A stretch of DNA of 64,000 nt from an uncultured delta proteobacterium (lineage in GTDB: Bacteria > Desulfobacterota > Binatia > UBA9968): contig CAWFJP010000030.1 in NCBI GenBank assembly GCA_963816145.1, forward strand, positions 416,001 through 480,000, in the 5' to 3' direction. Of the stretch, positions 31,051 to 41,683 are shown piece after piece; the stretch's first letter is position 1; each line of letters begins with the position of its first letter. The notes below the pieces were generated by a model that saw nothing but the letters and a program-made list of their open reading frames with translations, did not search any database and had not been told where the DNA came from. The translations under genes were made by a program, and so were the position numbers.

Positions 31051-31767
31051 ATGGCCGCTCTCAGCAAAACCAAAATCGACCGTCTCGGGGATCGCCTGAA
31101 ACGGGGGTCCCCGAGCGATGATGACCTCAGGTTACTCGATGAGCACCGAAGGTCGTTTAGCCCCGCCTATGACTCTGTCATTGGAACAATCCGAGAAAAA
31201 TTGCATCTAGATCCCACCGGTAGACCAGCTAAATCGACCAGCTCAATTGCCGAGAAGCTTCGCCGCGAAAGCATACGGCTAAGCCAAGTCCAAGATATCG
31301 CAGGTTGTCGTGTTATAGTCACGGACATAATTGCTCAGGACAATACAATCGCCACGCTGCGTGAAACATTCTCTGACATCAGAGTGATGGATCGCCGATT
31401 GAACCCCAGCCACGGCTACAGGGCCGTGCATGTAATTGTGACGACCGAAGGTGGAAGCGTAGAGATCCAAATCAGAACATCCTTACAGCATTTCTGGGCA
31501 GAGCTTTCAGAGCGCCTTGCCGACGTGGTAGACTCAAGCATCAAGTACGGTGGTGGCGACACGGATATTCGAGAACCTTTGTCAGCAGCGTCTGAATCAA
31601 TTGTCATACTAGAAGACTTGGAAAGGAAGTATGGTGTGGGCTCTGCAAGGTCTGGTGCACAAAGCGCTACGTGGCTAGCGCTTCACCAGCTTGTAATGAG
31701 CTTGAAAACTCTGCTGACCGCAAACTTTCGTGATGTGCTTTCCAAATTCGAAAAATCTCAAGGGTAG
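31051..31767 (+). CDS. Small alarmone synthetase (RelA/SpoT domain), PhRel/CapRel-like toxSAS
   Basis: KSTSSIAEKLRR, QDIAGCRVIV, GYRAVHVIV and EIQIRTSLQHFWAE motifs. N-terminal SKTKIDRLGDRL..R segment. No hydrolase, TGS or ACT domains. Confidence 0.85.
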   Translation: MAALSKTKIDRLGDRLKRGSPSDDDLRLLDEHRRSFSPAYDSVIGTIREKLHLDPTGRPAKSTSSIAEKLRRESIRLSQVQDIAGCRVIVTDIIAQDNTIATLRETFSDIRVMDRRLNPSHGYRAVHVIVTTEGGSVEIQIRTSLQHFWAELSERLADVVDSSIKYGGGDTDIREPLSAASESIVILEDLERKYGVGSARSGAQSATWLALHQLVMSLKTLLTANFRDVLSKFEKSQG

Positions 31768-31772
31768 TCGAA

Positions 31773-32018
31773 ATGCTATTCCTAATCGAGTATAAACGCT
31801 CCGAAGGTCGAATCGTAACTTTCAAGACATTTGACGATTCCGAGCGATCCAAAGCGGAACGATCGCGTCTGCAAATCGAATTAGAGTTAAACCAACGGCA
31901 AATCGATCATGAAGTTGTTTTGTTAGACGCGGCGGACGAACAGGCGCTACGTCGCACCCATCGTCGTTACTTTGAAGACGCTGCACAAATCGCGAACTCC
32001 CTGAACGGTGGCAGCTAA
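31773..32018 (+). CDS. Putative cognate antitoxin (ATphRel / CapRel C-terminal domain-like)
   Basis: 81 aa, starting 5 nt after the SAS stop. Pattern FLIEY.R...F.....A......E......EVVLL.A..E..LR.TH..YF, recognised from memory of the family. Confidence 0.65.
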   Translation: MLFLIEYKRSEGRIVTFKTFDDSERSKAERSRLQIELELNQRQIDHEVVLLDAADEQALRRTHRRYFEDAAQIANSLNGGS

Positions 32019-32066
32019 CTATTGGCCGATACTTTTTCGACGTTCAGACCTAAGATGTCGGTTTAA

Positions 32067-33188
32067 ATGAATACCGCGATTCGAAAGCTCGTTAACACTT
32101 ACAATCCACAAACCGTCCTATGGAAAGCCTCCACACCTCCCTCATCTTGGTATACCGACCCAAGATTTTTTGAGGTAGAACACCGAACGATTTTTCACCG
32201 CTCGTGGCAGCTCGCCGGCCGCTCCGAACAAGTGCGCGATCCTGGACAATACATCACTTGGGAAATCGCCGGCGAGCCGATCCTGGTCGTCCGAGGAAGC
32301 GACCGCGTTCTACGAGGCTTCTTCAACGTTTGCCGCCACCATGCAGCTGCTGTCATGACAAAACGCGATGGCAAAGCCGAAAATCTTCGCTGCCCCTATC
32401 ACGGTTGGACATACGATCTCGAAGGCAAACTCATCCTAAGTCCGGACTTTGCCGGCGTCCAAGAATTCGACCGGAGCACCAACGGCCTCGTGCCAATTCA
32501 GGTTACTGAATTTCAGGGCTGGGTATTCGTTAAACTCGACAGCGACGGCACGGCACTAGATGAATATGTCGGCGCCGATCTCATCGAACGTTTAGAACCC
32601 TTAAACCTTGAACGATTGAACTGGTTCGAGCGCCGATCCTATTGCCTGAACTGCAACTGGAAAGTCTTCGTCGATAATTATCTCGACGGCGGCTACCACG
32701 TGCCGCATATACACAGCGACCTAAGTAGTGTTCTGGATAACAGTAAATACCGGATCGAAATCGGCGAACGTTATTGCCTACAATCGAGTCCCATCGCGTC
32801 CGAAAAAGGCGAAGCGCAGACAGCCGCCGTGCGCAAAGGTGAGCGCGCTCACTATTTTTGGATCTATCCCAATTTCATGATCAATATTTACGACGAAGTG
32901 ATGGACACCAATCTGGTCATCCCGCACGGCGTCGACAAAACTGAAGTGATCTTCGACTACTATTTCGCTGATGTCTCCGCATCGGCACGAGAACAAAATC
33001 TTGCCAGCATCGCTGTCAGCGAACAGATTCAGTCCGAAGACGTCGCGACCTGTGAATCGGTGCAGCGAGGTTTGAATTCCCGCGCGTACGATACCGGCCG
33101 CCTATCGGTTCGGCGCGAAGCCGGCGAGTATTTGTTCCATCGTCTGCTGCATGCCGATTTGAAGTCCGGGATCTCCAAGCAGCCGTGA
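32067..33188 (+). CDS. Rieske non-heme iron oxygenase alpha subunit (choline monooxygenase-like)
   Basis: NVCRHH and CPYHGW Rieske ligands; NWKVFVDNYLDGGYHVPHIH and ED mononuclear-iron ligands. Confidence 0.9.
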   Translation: MNTAIRKLVNTYNPQTVLWKASTPPSSWYTDPRFFEVEHRTIFHRSWQLAGRSEQVRDPGQYITWEIAGEPILVVRGSDRVLRGFFNVCRHHAAAVMTKRDGKAENLRCPYHGWTYDLEGKLILSPDFAGVQEFDRSTNGLVPIQVTEFQGWVFVKLDSDGTALDEYVGADLIERLEPLNLERLNWFERRSYCLNCNWKVFVDNYLDGGYHVPHIHSDLSSVLDNSKYRIEIGERYCLQSSPIASEKGEAQTAAVRKGERAHYFWIYPNFMINIYDEVMDTNLVIPHGVDKTEVIFDYYFADVSASAREQNLASIAVSEQIQSEDVATCESVQRGLNSRAYDTGRLSVRREAGEYLFHRLLHADLKSGISKQP

Positions 33189-33234
33189 GTTTTGCTAAGC
33201 CGCAAATTTCGTCGTAATATTCCGATCAAATCCA

Positions 33235-34191
33235 ATGCCACCGAAAATTTATATTGACGGCCAAGCCGGCACCACCGCGCTGCGCATTCGCGAGTGGCTC
33301 GCGGGGCGAAATGACCTCGAAGTCGTGACGCTTCCGGAAGAGCTGCGCAAAGAGCCGGCGGCACGGAAAAAGGCGCTGCAAGATGCCAGCATCGTGCTGC
33401 TCTGCCTTCCCGACGACGCGGCCAAGGAAGCGGCAGCGTGGCTTGCCGACTCGCCGGTGCGGATTCTCGACGCCAGCACGGCGCATCGGGTGGCCGATGA
33501 CTGGGTTTACGGCTTGCCCGAACTCGTCGCTGGCCAGCGCGAGCTGATCACCAAAGCGAAGCGGGTGGCCAATCCCGGCTGCTACTCATCCGCGGTCATC
33601 CTACTGACCCGGCCGCTCGTCAACGCCGGTTTGATTGCACCCGACATGCCGCTGGCGATTCACGCGCTGTCGGGCTATTCCGGCGGCGGCCGGGCATTGA
33701 TCGAACGCTGGGAAGATCCAAAAAAGAAGTTAATCCATTTGCCTCATGAAGCGCCCTACAGCATCGGCAAGCTGCACAAGCATATCCCGGAGATTATGCG
33801 CCACGGTGCCATCAGCGCCGAGCCGCAGTTTCTCCCCAACGTCGGCCCGTTTCGCTGCGGCATGCGGGTCGAGATCATGATTCCTGCAAAGGCTCTGCCG
33901 AAAGCCGGCGTCGGCGAAGCGATGTGGGAAGCGTTATCGGCACGTTACGACAAGGAATTATTTATCGATGTCGAACCGCTCACCGATGCCAGCGAGGCAG
34001 ACGAGATGAGCTTCGATCCGCAGGAGTTCAACTATACCAATCGAATTTCCTTGCGCGTCCTGCCGCACCAGTCGGGCCATGTCATTTTAATGGCGCGCCT
34101 CGACAATCTCGGCAAAGGCGCCGCCGGAGTGGCGATTCAGAATTTGAATCTCATGCTCGGCGTCAACGAAGAGACCTGCTTGCCGTCCTAG
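33235..34191 (+). CDS. argC: N-acetyl-gamma-glutamyl-phosphate reductase (type 2)
   Basis: IDGQAGTT, DASTAHR, ANPGCY, SGYSGGG and ARLDNLGKGA motifs. Confidence 0.92.
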   Translation: MPPKIYIDGQAGTTALRIREWLAGRNDLEVVTLPEELRKEPAARKKALQDASIVLLCLPDDAAKEAAAWLADSPVRILDASTAHRVADDWVYGLPELVAGQRELITKAKRVANPGCYSSAVILLTRPLVNAGLIAPDMPLAIHALSGYSGGGRALIERWEDPKKKLIHLPHEAPYSIGKLHKHIPEIMRHGAISAEPQFLPNVGPFRCGMRVEIMIPAKALPKAGVGEAMWEALSARYDKELFIDVEPLTDASEADEMSFDPQEFNYTNRISLRVLPHQSGHVILMARLDNLGKGAAGVAIQNLNLMLGVNEETCLPS

Positions 34192-35423
34192 GTCAGCGTC
34201 TCACTTGCCAGCGCGACTTCCGTCGGCGCTTCGCGCCGACGTTCGACGAACGGCAACATCCAGTGGCTCAACACTCCTAACGTCAGCGAACCGATGCCGC
34301 ACAGTAGATAGAGCATGTCGGTGCCGCTGCGATCGACCAGCCAGCCGGCGGTTAAGTTGGACAAGATGCCGGCAAGGCCGCTGCCGACCATCGACAGAAT
34401 GCCCTGCGCCGTCGAGCGCAACTTCTCCGGCGCGACGACGTCGAGATAAAGCGGGCTGCCCAAATTCAAACCGACCACCATCACTCCATGCAACGCTTGC
34501 ACGGCAAATAGCATGATCGGATCGGTAATCAGCGCCGATAGGATCCAACGCAAACCGCCGACGGTGACCCCGACGGTGAGCATGCCGCGGGCGCCCAGCC
34601 GCTTCAAACCACTCCCTGTCGACAGCACCAGCGGGATCTCGACGATCAACATGAGAATCCACATATTGCGAATCGTGCCCAAATCACCGCCGCGGGCGCG
34701 AATAAAAATCGGAAACAGCCACATCGGCCCATGCATGAGAAAGTGAGCAAGCAGCGAAAAACAGAGAAACCGCACAAACGCGCGATTATGCAGCAGCTCG
34801 CGCCAATCGCCGCGCGCCGCGCGCAGACCGACGGCGCCTTTCTGGGGCAACGAAAAGGCGATGAATGCCGCGATAAAAACCAAAGACGCCGTCAGCGGAA
34901 ACATCAAGCCCAACGCCGGTTGAGAAACATTGGCGCCGGCGGCAGTCCCGTCTGCGTGCGGCAGCGAAGCCAGCGCCCAGGGCAACACAAGCACAAGGAT
35001 AAAATAACCGCCCGAGCCCCAAGCTCGCACCCGGCCGAAGGCGTGGCGCCCGGCGTCGCGCAAAATCGCCAGACTCACCGACATCATCAATGGAAACACC
35101 GCCGTGCCGACGACGGCGAGCGCGGATGTCGCGATCACGATCGACCAGAAACCGTGCGCGTAACCAAGCCCGAGGTAGCCCAGCGCCGTGCCCAAGGTGA
35201 GAAACGCCAGCACGCGCGTGCGCGCGCCGGTGCGGTCCGCGACTTGCCCCCAGAACGGTTGAGAGATCATGCCGATCAAAGGCGAGATCGCCAAGACAAA
35301 TCCGACTTGGGTCCCCGTCAACCCGGCGTTCTCACGCAGATAGAGTGTAAAGTAGGGATAAAAGATCCCGAGCGAGCCAAAATAGGTGAACCAAAACAGC
35401 GTCAACGGGATCGAATGCCACAT
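34188..35423 (-). CDS. MFS transporter (MFS_1-like / nucleoside:H+ symporter-like)
   Basis: 12-TM pattern with QPFWGQVADRTG, FGRVRAWGS and VQALHG. Probable start MWHSIP at 35423. Confidence 0.85.
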   Translation of the reverse strand: MWHSIPLTLFWFTYFGSLGIFYPYFTLYLRENAGLTGTQVGFVLAISPLIGMISQPFWGQVADRTGARTRVLAFLTLGTALGYLGLGYAHGFWSIVIATSALAVVGTAVFPLMMSVSLAILRDAGRHAFGRVRAWGSGGYFILVLVLPWALASLPHADGTAAGANVSQPALGLMFPLTASLVFIAAFIAFSLPQKGAVGLRAARGDWRELLHNRAFVRFLCFSLLAHFLMHGPMWLFPIFIRARGGDLGTIRNMWILMLIVEIPLVLSTGSGLKRLGARGMLTVGVTVGGLRWILSALITDPIMLFAVQALHGVMVVGLNLGSPLYLDVVAPEKLRSTAQGILSMVGSGLAGILSNLTAGWLVDRSGTDMLYLLCGIGSLTLGVLSHWMLPFVERRREAPTEVALASETLT

Positions 35424-35463
35424 CGGCCGATGATAGCATTCATCGTCGCCGTCTACGACGGCG

Positions 35464-35544
35464 GTTCCAAGTGTTCCAGATGTTCCAATCGTCGGATTCC
35501 GAATTACACTTGGAACCTTTGGAACCCATGGAACTATTGGAACG
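35464..35544. repeat. 9-nt periodic inverted repeat element
   Basis: GTTCCA x3 followed by TGGAAC x4 at 9-nt spacing, between divergent genes. Confidence 0.75.
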
Positions 35545-35690
35545 AGAGGAAAGTTAGCCCACATGACGGGCACCGCTGGCCAATCGCGAGCCGCCCTCCT
35601 CATCTCAACCGCAAGCTTTTTTCTTTGGAAACATTCAATAACTTGCAACGGAAACTAAGGGATAGCATAGTGCCTCGAATAGGCATCAAC

Positions 35691-37061
35691 ATGGGCTCGA
35701 CGATCTCAACCACCGACGTAAAAATGCGCGTGCTCGTCATCGATGACGAGAAGAACATTCGCACCACTCTTGCCTTTTGCCTCGAACAAGCTGGCTGTCT
35801 GGTAACTGCGGTAGCCTCTCCCGAGGGCGCCTGGGACGCGCTTAGCCAACATGCTTACGAATTGGCGTTCCTCGATGTCCGGCTCGGTCAATCGAGCGGC
35901 CTTGATCTCATTCCGAAACTCATCGCTGACTGTCCAAACCTGATGGTGGTTATGGTGACGGCCTACGCAACCATCGACAGCGCGGTGGAAGCCATCAAGC
36001 GGGGGGCCGCCGATTATCTCGCCAAGCCATTTACCCCGGCGCAGATTCGCCTCATCGTCGATCAGTGCGTCAAACAACGGGATTTTAAAAGGCAACTGAC
36101 CGACCTGGAGGGCCGCCTGCGCGAGGCCGCGCCGGAGACCGATCTGGAATCCGACTCGCCCAAAGTCCGCGCGGTTTTTGAAATCGCCGCGAAAGTAGCC
36201 GCGTCCGATGCGCCGGTATTGCTTCGCGGTGAAAGCGGCACAGGCAAAAGCGTGCTCGCCCGCTGGATTCACTCGCTGAGCCATCGCAGTCGCCAACCCT
36301 TTGTCGTTGTCAATTGCCCGACACTCTCCGAAGAGTTGCTAACCAGCGAACTGTTCGGCCACACCAAAGGAGCCTTCACCGGCGCCGTGCGTGATCAGCC
36401 GGGTCGTGTCGAGGCCGCCGAGGGTGGCACTCTGTTTCTCGATGAGATTGGCGATATCTCGCCGGCCCTGCAAGCAAAACTATTGCGTTTCATCGAGGAA
36501 AAGGAATTCGAACGGCTCGGCGAAAACAAAACCAGGCACGCCGACGTTCGAACAGTTGCCGCCACCAACCGCGATCTTGAAGAACAGATGCGCAAGGGAT
36601 TGTTTCGCGAGGATCTGCTGTACCGTCTAAACGTCGTCGAATTGGAATTGCCGCCGCTTCGGCAACGGCCCGAGGATATCCTGCGCCTGGCGCGGCGCTT
36701 TCTCGTGTTCTTCGCAAGATCGGTCCGGCGACAGACGCCCGAGCTCTCAAAAGCCGCGGAAGCGGCGCTTACCGCCTATGACTGGCCCGGCAATATCCGC
36801 GAGCTCAGAAACACCGTCGAGCGGGCAGTGATCCTTTGGCCTGCCCAGGTGATCGAACCGGAAGCCTTTCCCGCGCATATTTCCGCGCGGGTTAAGCCCA
36901 CCGATGCGCCGCAAGTAGGTGGAAACTTCTCCTTGGAGGACATCGAGCGGGAACATATCACTCGCGTAATCGCCCGCTCGCCGACCTTGGAGGACGCCGC
37001 GGCCATCCTCGGCATCGATGGTTCGACGCTTTGGCGCAAACGCAAGAAATACGAGAGTTGA
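35691..37061 (+). CDS. Sigma54-dependent response regulator (AlgB/NtrC-like: REC, AAA+, HTH)
   Basis: VLVIDDE, GESGTGKS, GAFTGA, LFLDEIG, WPGNIREL and Fis HTH AAAILGIDGSTLWRKRK. True start 35691 or 35724. Confidence 0.92.
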   Translation: MGSTISTTDVKMRVLVIDDEKNIRTTLAFCLEQAGCLVTAVASPEGAWDALSQHAYELAFLDVRLGQSSGLDLIPKLIADCPNLMVVMVTAYATIDSAVEAIKRGAADYLAKPFTPAQIRLIVDQCVKQRDFKRQLTDLEGRLREAAPETDLESDSPKVRAVFEIAAKVAASDAPVLLRGESGTGKSVLARWIHSLSHRSRQPFVVVNCPTLSEELLTSELFGHTKGAFTGAVRDQPGRVEAAEGGTLFLDEIGDISPALQAKLLRFIEEKEFERLGENKTRHADVRTVAATNRDLEEQMRKGLFREDLLYRLNVVELELPPLRQRPEDILRLARRFLVFFARSVRRQTPELSKAAEAALTAYDWPGNIRELRNTVERAVILWPAQVIEPEAFPAHISARVKPTDAPQVGGNFSLEDIEREHITRVIARSPTLEDAAAILGIDGSTLWRKRKKYES

Positions 37062-37068
37062 AACCGAA

Positions 37069-37710
37069 TCAATGCAGCTTGCCGAGCCGCTTCAAGGCGG
37101 CGGTCGCAGCTTCATAAGAATGATCTGCGGTGACCGCCATATAATAGTACTGAACGGCGCGCCGTTCGTCCCCTTCACTCTCGCACAGAAAGCCCAACCA
37201 GTAGTAAGGCTCCGGCCGATCCAGTGCCCGTGACATCGCCGCCTTGAGATAAGCACGCGCTTCGATGTTGGCCTTGCGCTCGCGCGCGAGCTCCGCCAAG
37301 TGCATCAGATCGTCGAATGAACCCCCCGATCCCAGCCGCTGGCGAAAAAGAATTTCCTCCGCTAACAGCACAATCACCTTGGGATCGAAGGGCTTTTCCA
37401 AAAATTCCACCGCGCCGAGCTTCATAGCTTGCACGGCGTTGGCTGCCGAACCATAGGCCGTAACAATAACGACCGCCGTCTTGGGACTGAGAGCGCGGAT
37501 ATTTGCGAGCACGTCGAGCCCGGCCATTTTCGGCATATGGAGATCGACGAATGCGATGTCTGGGTGTTTATTTTTGCAAATATCCAAAGCTTCGTCGCCG
37601 TCCTTGGCCACATCGACCAGATAACCTGCCGCCTCCAGGACCATCGCTAAGTTTTTGCGGATATTCCGCTCGTCGTCGGCCACCAGAATTCGCGATTTCG
37701 ATTCCATCAT
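37069..37710 (-). CDS. Response regulator with C-terminal TPR output (paralog 1)
   Basis: REC motifs ILVADDE, VDLHMP and EKPFD, plus TPR-like PEPYYWLG..E..G....A..YY. Confidence 0.85.
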   Translation of the reverse strand: MMESKSRILVADDERNIRKNLAMVLEAAGYLVDVAKDGDEALDICKNKHPDIAFVDLHMPKMAGLDVLANIRALSPKTAVVIVTAYGSAANAVQAMKLGAVEFLEKPFDPKVIVLLAEEILFRQRLGSGGSFDDLMHLAELARERKANIEARAYLKAAMSRALDRPEPYYWLGFLCESEGDERRAVQYYYMAVTADHSYEAATAALKRLGKLH

Positions 37711-39564
37711 GGCAGGACTCCCTCCGAGGCGGTTTTAACTACTGCGGGCAAGGTAAACCAAAACCGGCTCCCCTTGCCGGGCACGCTTTCCACGCCTATT
37801 TCACCGCCGTGGGCACGGACAATTTCCTTGGCGATATACAGCCCAAGTCCAGTGCCCTTGTCTCCCGATTGGGGGACTCGGTAAAATTTTTCAAAGATTC
37901 TTTCTTGATATTCTTTTGGCACTCCCGTACCGGTATCAGCCACAGTGAAACGCACGGAACCGTCGATGGCTTCCGCGCCTAGCGTGATACTCCCGCCCTT
38001 CGGCGTATGCCGCATCGCATTGCCGATCAGATTGGAAAATACATGGCCGATACGATCGTGATCCGCTAGCACGCTCAACTCCTGTAGCGAAACTTCGGCG
38101 CTTAGGATCACGCCTTTGGCGTCGGCATCGGCTTTGAACTCATCGACGGCGTCCATCATCAGGTCGGATACGCTGGTCGGCAACGGATACAGCTCGACGC
38201 GTCCAGATTCGATCCGAGAGAGATCCAGGAAATCGTCGACCATGCCCTGCAGTCGGTCACAATCCTCACGCGCGGCGTAAAGCAGCTCGGCCTGCTTATC
38301 GGTGAGCGGCCCGGCGACCTGCTCGGTGCAAAGATGAACCGCCATGCGCAGCGACGTCAGCGGTGTGCGAAATTCGTGCGCGACGGTGGCGACTAGATCA
38401 TTTTTGAGCTCCTCGAAGCGGCGCAAGCGCGTGACGTCCTGCAGGATCACCGTGGCGCCGACAACCACACCTCGGGTCTCGTACACGGGCGCCCCTCGCG
38501 GCAGGAAATAACGATCGCCTAAAAGTGTGGAAAGTTGCACCGCATCCTCAAACCCCCTGGGGGAATAAGCTCCTTTGCCGCTGAGCACATGGCTGCGAAT
38601 CCGTTCGATCACCGCGATCGTCGACGCATGGACGCTCTTGAGCGGGTCTTTTGACGAAGAATCGGTTCTAAGTCCGAGCAACGTTTCCGCCGCTTGGTTA
38701 ACATTCTGCAAGCTGCCTTCCACACTGAAAATCGCCACCGGGTCCGGAATGCTATCGATGGCCGCCTGCATGCTCAAGTGGGCTTGCAGCAAATCTCCCA
38801 GCGAGCTTTTGCGATAGTCGGCCAAGCGCCCCGCCATGGCGTTGAAGTCCTGCGCCAGGCGCGCCAGCTCGTCGTGCCCGTGCACGCGGGCGCGCGCGTC
38901 GAAATTGCCTTCGCCGAGTTTGCGCGTTGCTTCGCTTAAGGCCGAGAGCGGCTGCAGCAGGCGACGAGTCAAGAACGTCGAGACCAGGAGTCCCAGCGCC
39001 AATGCCGCCAGCGCCACAGTAATGGTGATCTCATTCATGCGCTCGCCAGTGCGCCGGACGTCGTCGCTCTTGCGCACCATGGTGTCTTGATTGATCGCCA
39101 GGATCTCGTCGGCGGAGGCTTTGACCTTATAGAATGCCGCTTCGAGCTCGGAGAAGTAAAGTTTGCGTAGCTCGTCGGCGCCTGTCGTTGCCTGAAGATG
39201 ATCGAACTTCGCTTGATAATCGGTCCACGCCGCGCGTAGCCCCGCGGTAAACTCCTTTTCCCCAGCTTCGGTGATATTGCCTTCTTGTACTTTGAGCTCG
39301 GCTTCGAAGATGGGTCGGAATTTCGCAGCCTGCTGGACACCTTTTTCGTGCTGCCCTGCAACCAAGAACAGCGCCGCGCTGTCCATCCGCTCAATGGATT
39401 CCTTCATGCGTTGCGCCGCAAGCACGCTGCGGTAATTGTCCTTCAAGATCGTCTGCGAGTGCGATCCTAGATACGAGATTGCCACCACCGAGAAATATAC
39501 CCAGGCTGACCAGCGCCAGCGCGATCGGACTTTGCGCAAGCAAGAGTTTCCTGTAGAGGTTCAT
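37707..39564 (-). CDS. KinB-like sensor histidine kinase (4HB sensor, HAMP, PAS, HisKA, HATPase), frameshift near 39495
   Basis: DNYRSVLAAQRM sensor motif, HAMP, AHEFRTPLT, NLIGNA, DTGTG and GTGLGL. Start MNLYRKLLL at 39564 overlaps the KdpD stop (ATGA). Confidence 0.88.
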
Positions 39565-40721
39565 TCCTTGCTCTCCTGATCTTCCAAGGACACGATGTGA
39601 AGATCGAAGCCGACAGCCGTGGTGACCAGCTTAAACACCGGCGATTGTCCCAACAGACGACGCCACCATGATTTATGCGAACGCCCGACGACGATGTGGC
39701 GAACACCATGATCGCGGGCAAATTCGAGCAGGGCTTCGACCGGCTTTTCCGACCTCAGCCGGACGACTTCTGCGCCCAGGTCTCTGGCTCGTTGTTCGTC
39801 TTCCAACAGATAGCGCTGCAGCGTCGCGTCGATGCGGTGGCCCGATTCGCCTTTAGTTTCCACGTGGACAACGAACCAATCCGTATTTAGTCGCCCCGCC
39901 AAACGCGATCCTTGACGGAGCAGTAGAACACCATGAGGCGGCGGGCGAGTCGGCAAGCAAACCATCACGCGTTCGCTGGCGGCGGCTCTGCGCCCGGCGT
40001 CATCGTCGTCGGCTTTCGCTGAGACCGCGCGGTCGACGCTTTCCGCCACTTCGCGCAGTGCGATTTCCCGCAATACCGTGAGTTTTTCCGGCTGAAAGAA
40101 GTTTTCCAGCGCCCAGCCAACCTTATCCGGCGCATAGATTTTGCCCGCCTTAAGGCGATCGATGAGATCTTCGACCGCTAGGTCGATATCGACCACCTGG
40201 TCGGCTCGCTTCAGCATCGAGTCCGGAACCGTCTCGCGAACGATCACGCCCGTTGCCTGCTTGACCATTTCGTTGAGACTCTCAAGGTGCTGCACGTTGA
40301 AAGCGCAGATCACGTTGATGCCGGCGTCGAGCAGTTCCAACACGTCTTGATAGCGCTTCTTGTTGCGGCAGAAGGGTGCGTTGGTATGAGCTAGCTCATC
40401 GACGATCGCCAGCTGTGGATGGCGTTTGAGAATGGCGTCCAAGTCCATCTCTTCGACAGTCACGCCGCGATACTCGACACGCTGGCGCGGCACCACTTCG
40501 AGTCCCTCGATCAGCGCCGCGGTGTCGAGCCGGTCATGCGGCTCGATAAAGCCCAAGACGACGTCGACCCCGCGCTTTTGCAGGGCATGCGCTTCCTCAA
40601 GCATCTGGTAGGTCTTGCCGACGCCGGCGGCCGAGCCGATATAAACTTTCAGTCGGCCGCGCTTGGCACGCTCGACCAATTCTAAAAAATCTTCCGGTCT
40701 TTTACGCTCGGTCTGAATCAA
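39561..40721 (-). CDS. kdpD: Split KdpD: N-terminal KdpD sensor domain plus USP domain only
   Basis: GRLKVYIGSAAGVGKTYQML, VDELAHTN, NVQHLESLN and LREIALREVA, followed by a USP domain. No TM or kinase part. Confidence 0.9.
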   Translation of the reverse strand: MIQTERKRPEDFLELVERAKRGRLKVYIGSAAGVGKTYQMLEEAHALQKRGVDVVLGFIEPHDRLDTAALIEGLEVVPRQRVEYRGVTVEEMDLDAILKRHPQLAIVDELAHTNAPFCRNKKRYQDVLELLDAGINVICAFNVQHLESLNEMVKQATGVIVRETVPDSMLKRADQVVDIDLAVEDLIDRLKAGKIYAPDKVGWALENFFQPEKLTVLREIALREVAESVDRAVSAKADDDDAGRRAAASERVMVCLPTRPPPHGVLLLRQGSRLAGRLNTDWFVVHVETKGESGHRIDATLQRYLLEDEQRARDLGAEVVRLRSEKPVEALLEFARDHGVRHIVVGRSHKSWWRRLLGQSPVFKLVTTAVGFDLHIVSLEDQESKE

Positions 40722-40972
40722 CGATTTTTCCCCGCGATGAACAAGGCTAAAAATGGCTCAAGCCAGCAAGCCCACTCGACCGCATGACCCGACCGAGCGC
40801 TTACCGGCAGCATAAAGATATACCGATTCTATTTGCAAACAGTTAAAAGTACCCCGGTAATCTCACCTCCTCGATATCATTGCCCGACCTGATCGAAAGT
40901 CGAACGGGACGGCAAACCTTCATCGATTATAATCTTTTGGCTTCACTTTATGCGTCTTACCTTCAGCGCCCG

Positions 40973-41312
<340 letters not shown>

Positions 41313-41326
41313 ACAAATCCCCCCTT

Positions 41327-41576
41327 TTAGAACTTTTGATTCCTTTCGGACGGACACGACGATCGGATGTTTTTCCGCCAGCGGGCCAAGGCAACGAGAC
41401 ACCAGATCGCCTCTACCACCCCAAAAGGCCAGGCGCCCTGGAGAAATCCATAGGCCGAACCCAGTGCACAAGCCAAGGCGAAGCCAAGGACAAACCAGCG
41501 GCTGTAGACCTTCGAGCGCATAGCAGACCAGCATCGCTGTAACCGCGAACAAACCAAAAAGCGTAAGCCTGTTCAT
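41327..41576 (-). CDS. Small 3-TM membrane protein (copy 1), frameshift near 41510
   Basis: MNRLTLFGLFAVTAMLVCYALE / SRWFVLGFALACALGSAYGFLQGAWPFGVVEAIW, highly similar to 59847-60071. Confidence 0.75.
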
Positions 41577-41683
41577 GATCGAGCAGATAATGTTGAGGTA
41601 GCTGGCCGCCGTCCGTCGCCGCCTCAATGATCGACTTCCCACGGAGAGCTTCGCCAGTCAAACACGTCCTTCAGATGGAGTGT

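Noticed and set aside
35464-35544. CRISPR array
   Set aside because: The units are 6-9 nt with no unique spacers, and there are no cas genes.
34731-35690. Long N-terminal extension of the 776-aa ORF (and of the 486-aa MFS ORF)
   Set aside because: These are antisense or repeat-derived open frames. The real domains start at about 35691/35724 and 35423.
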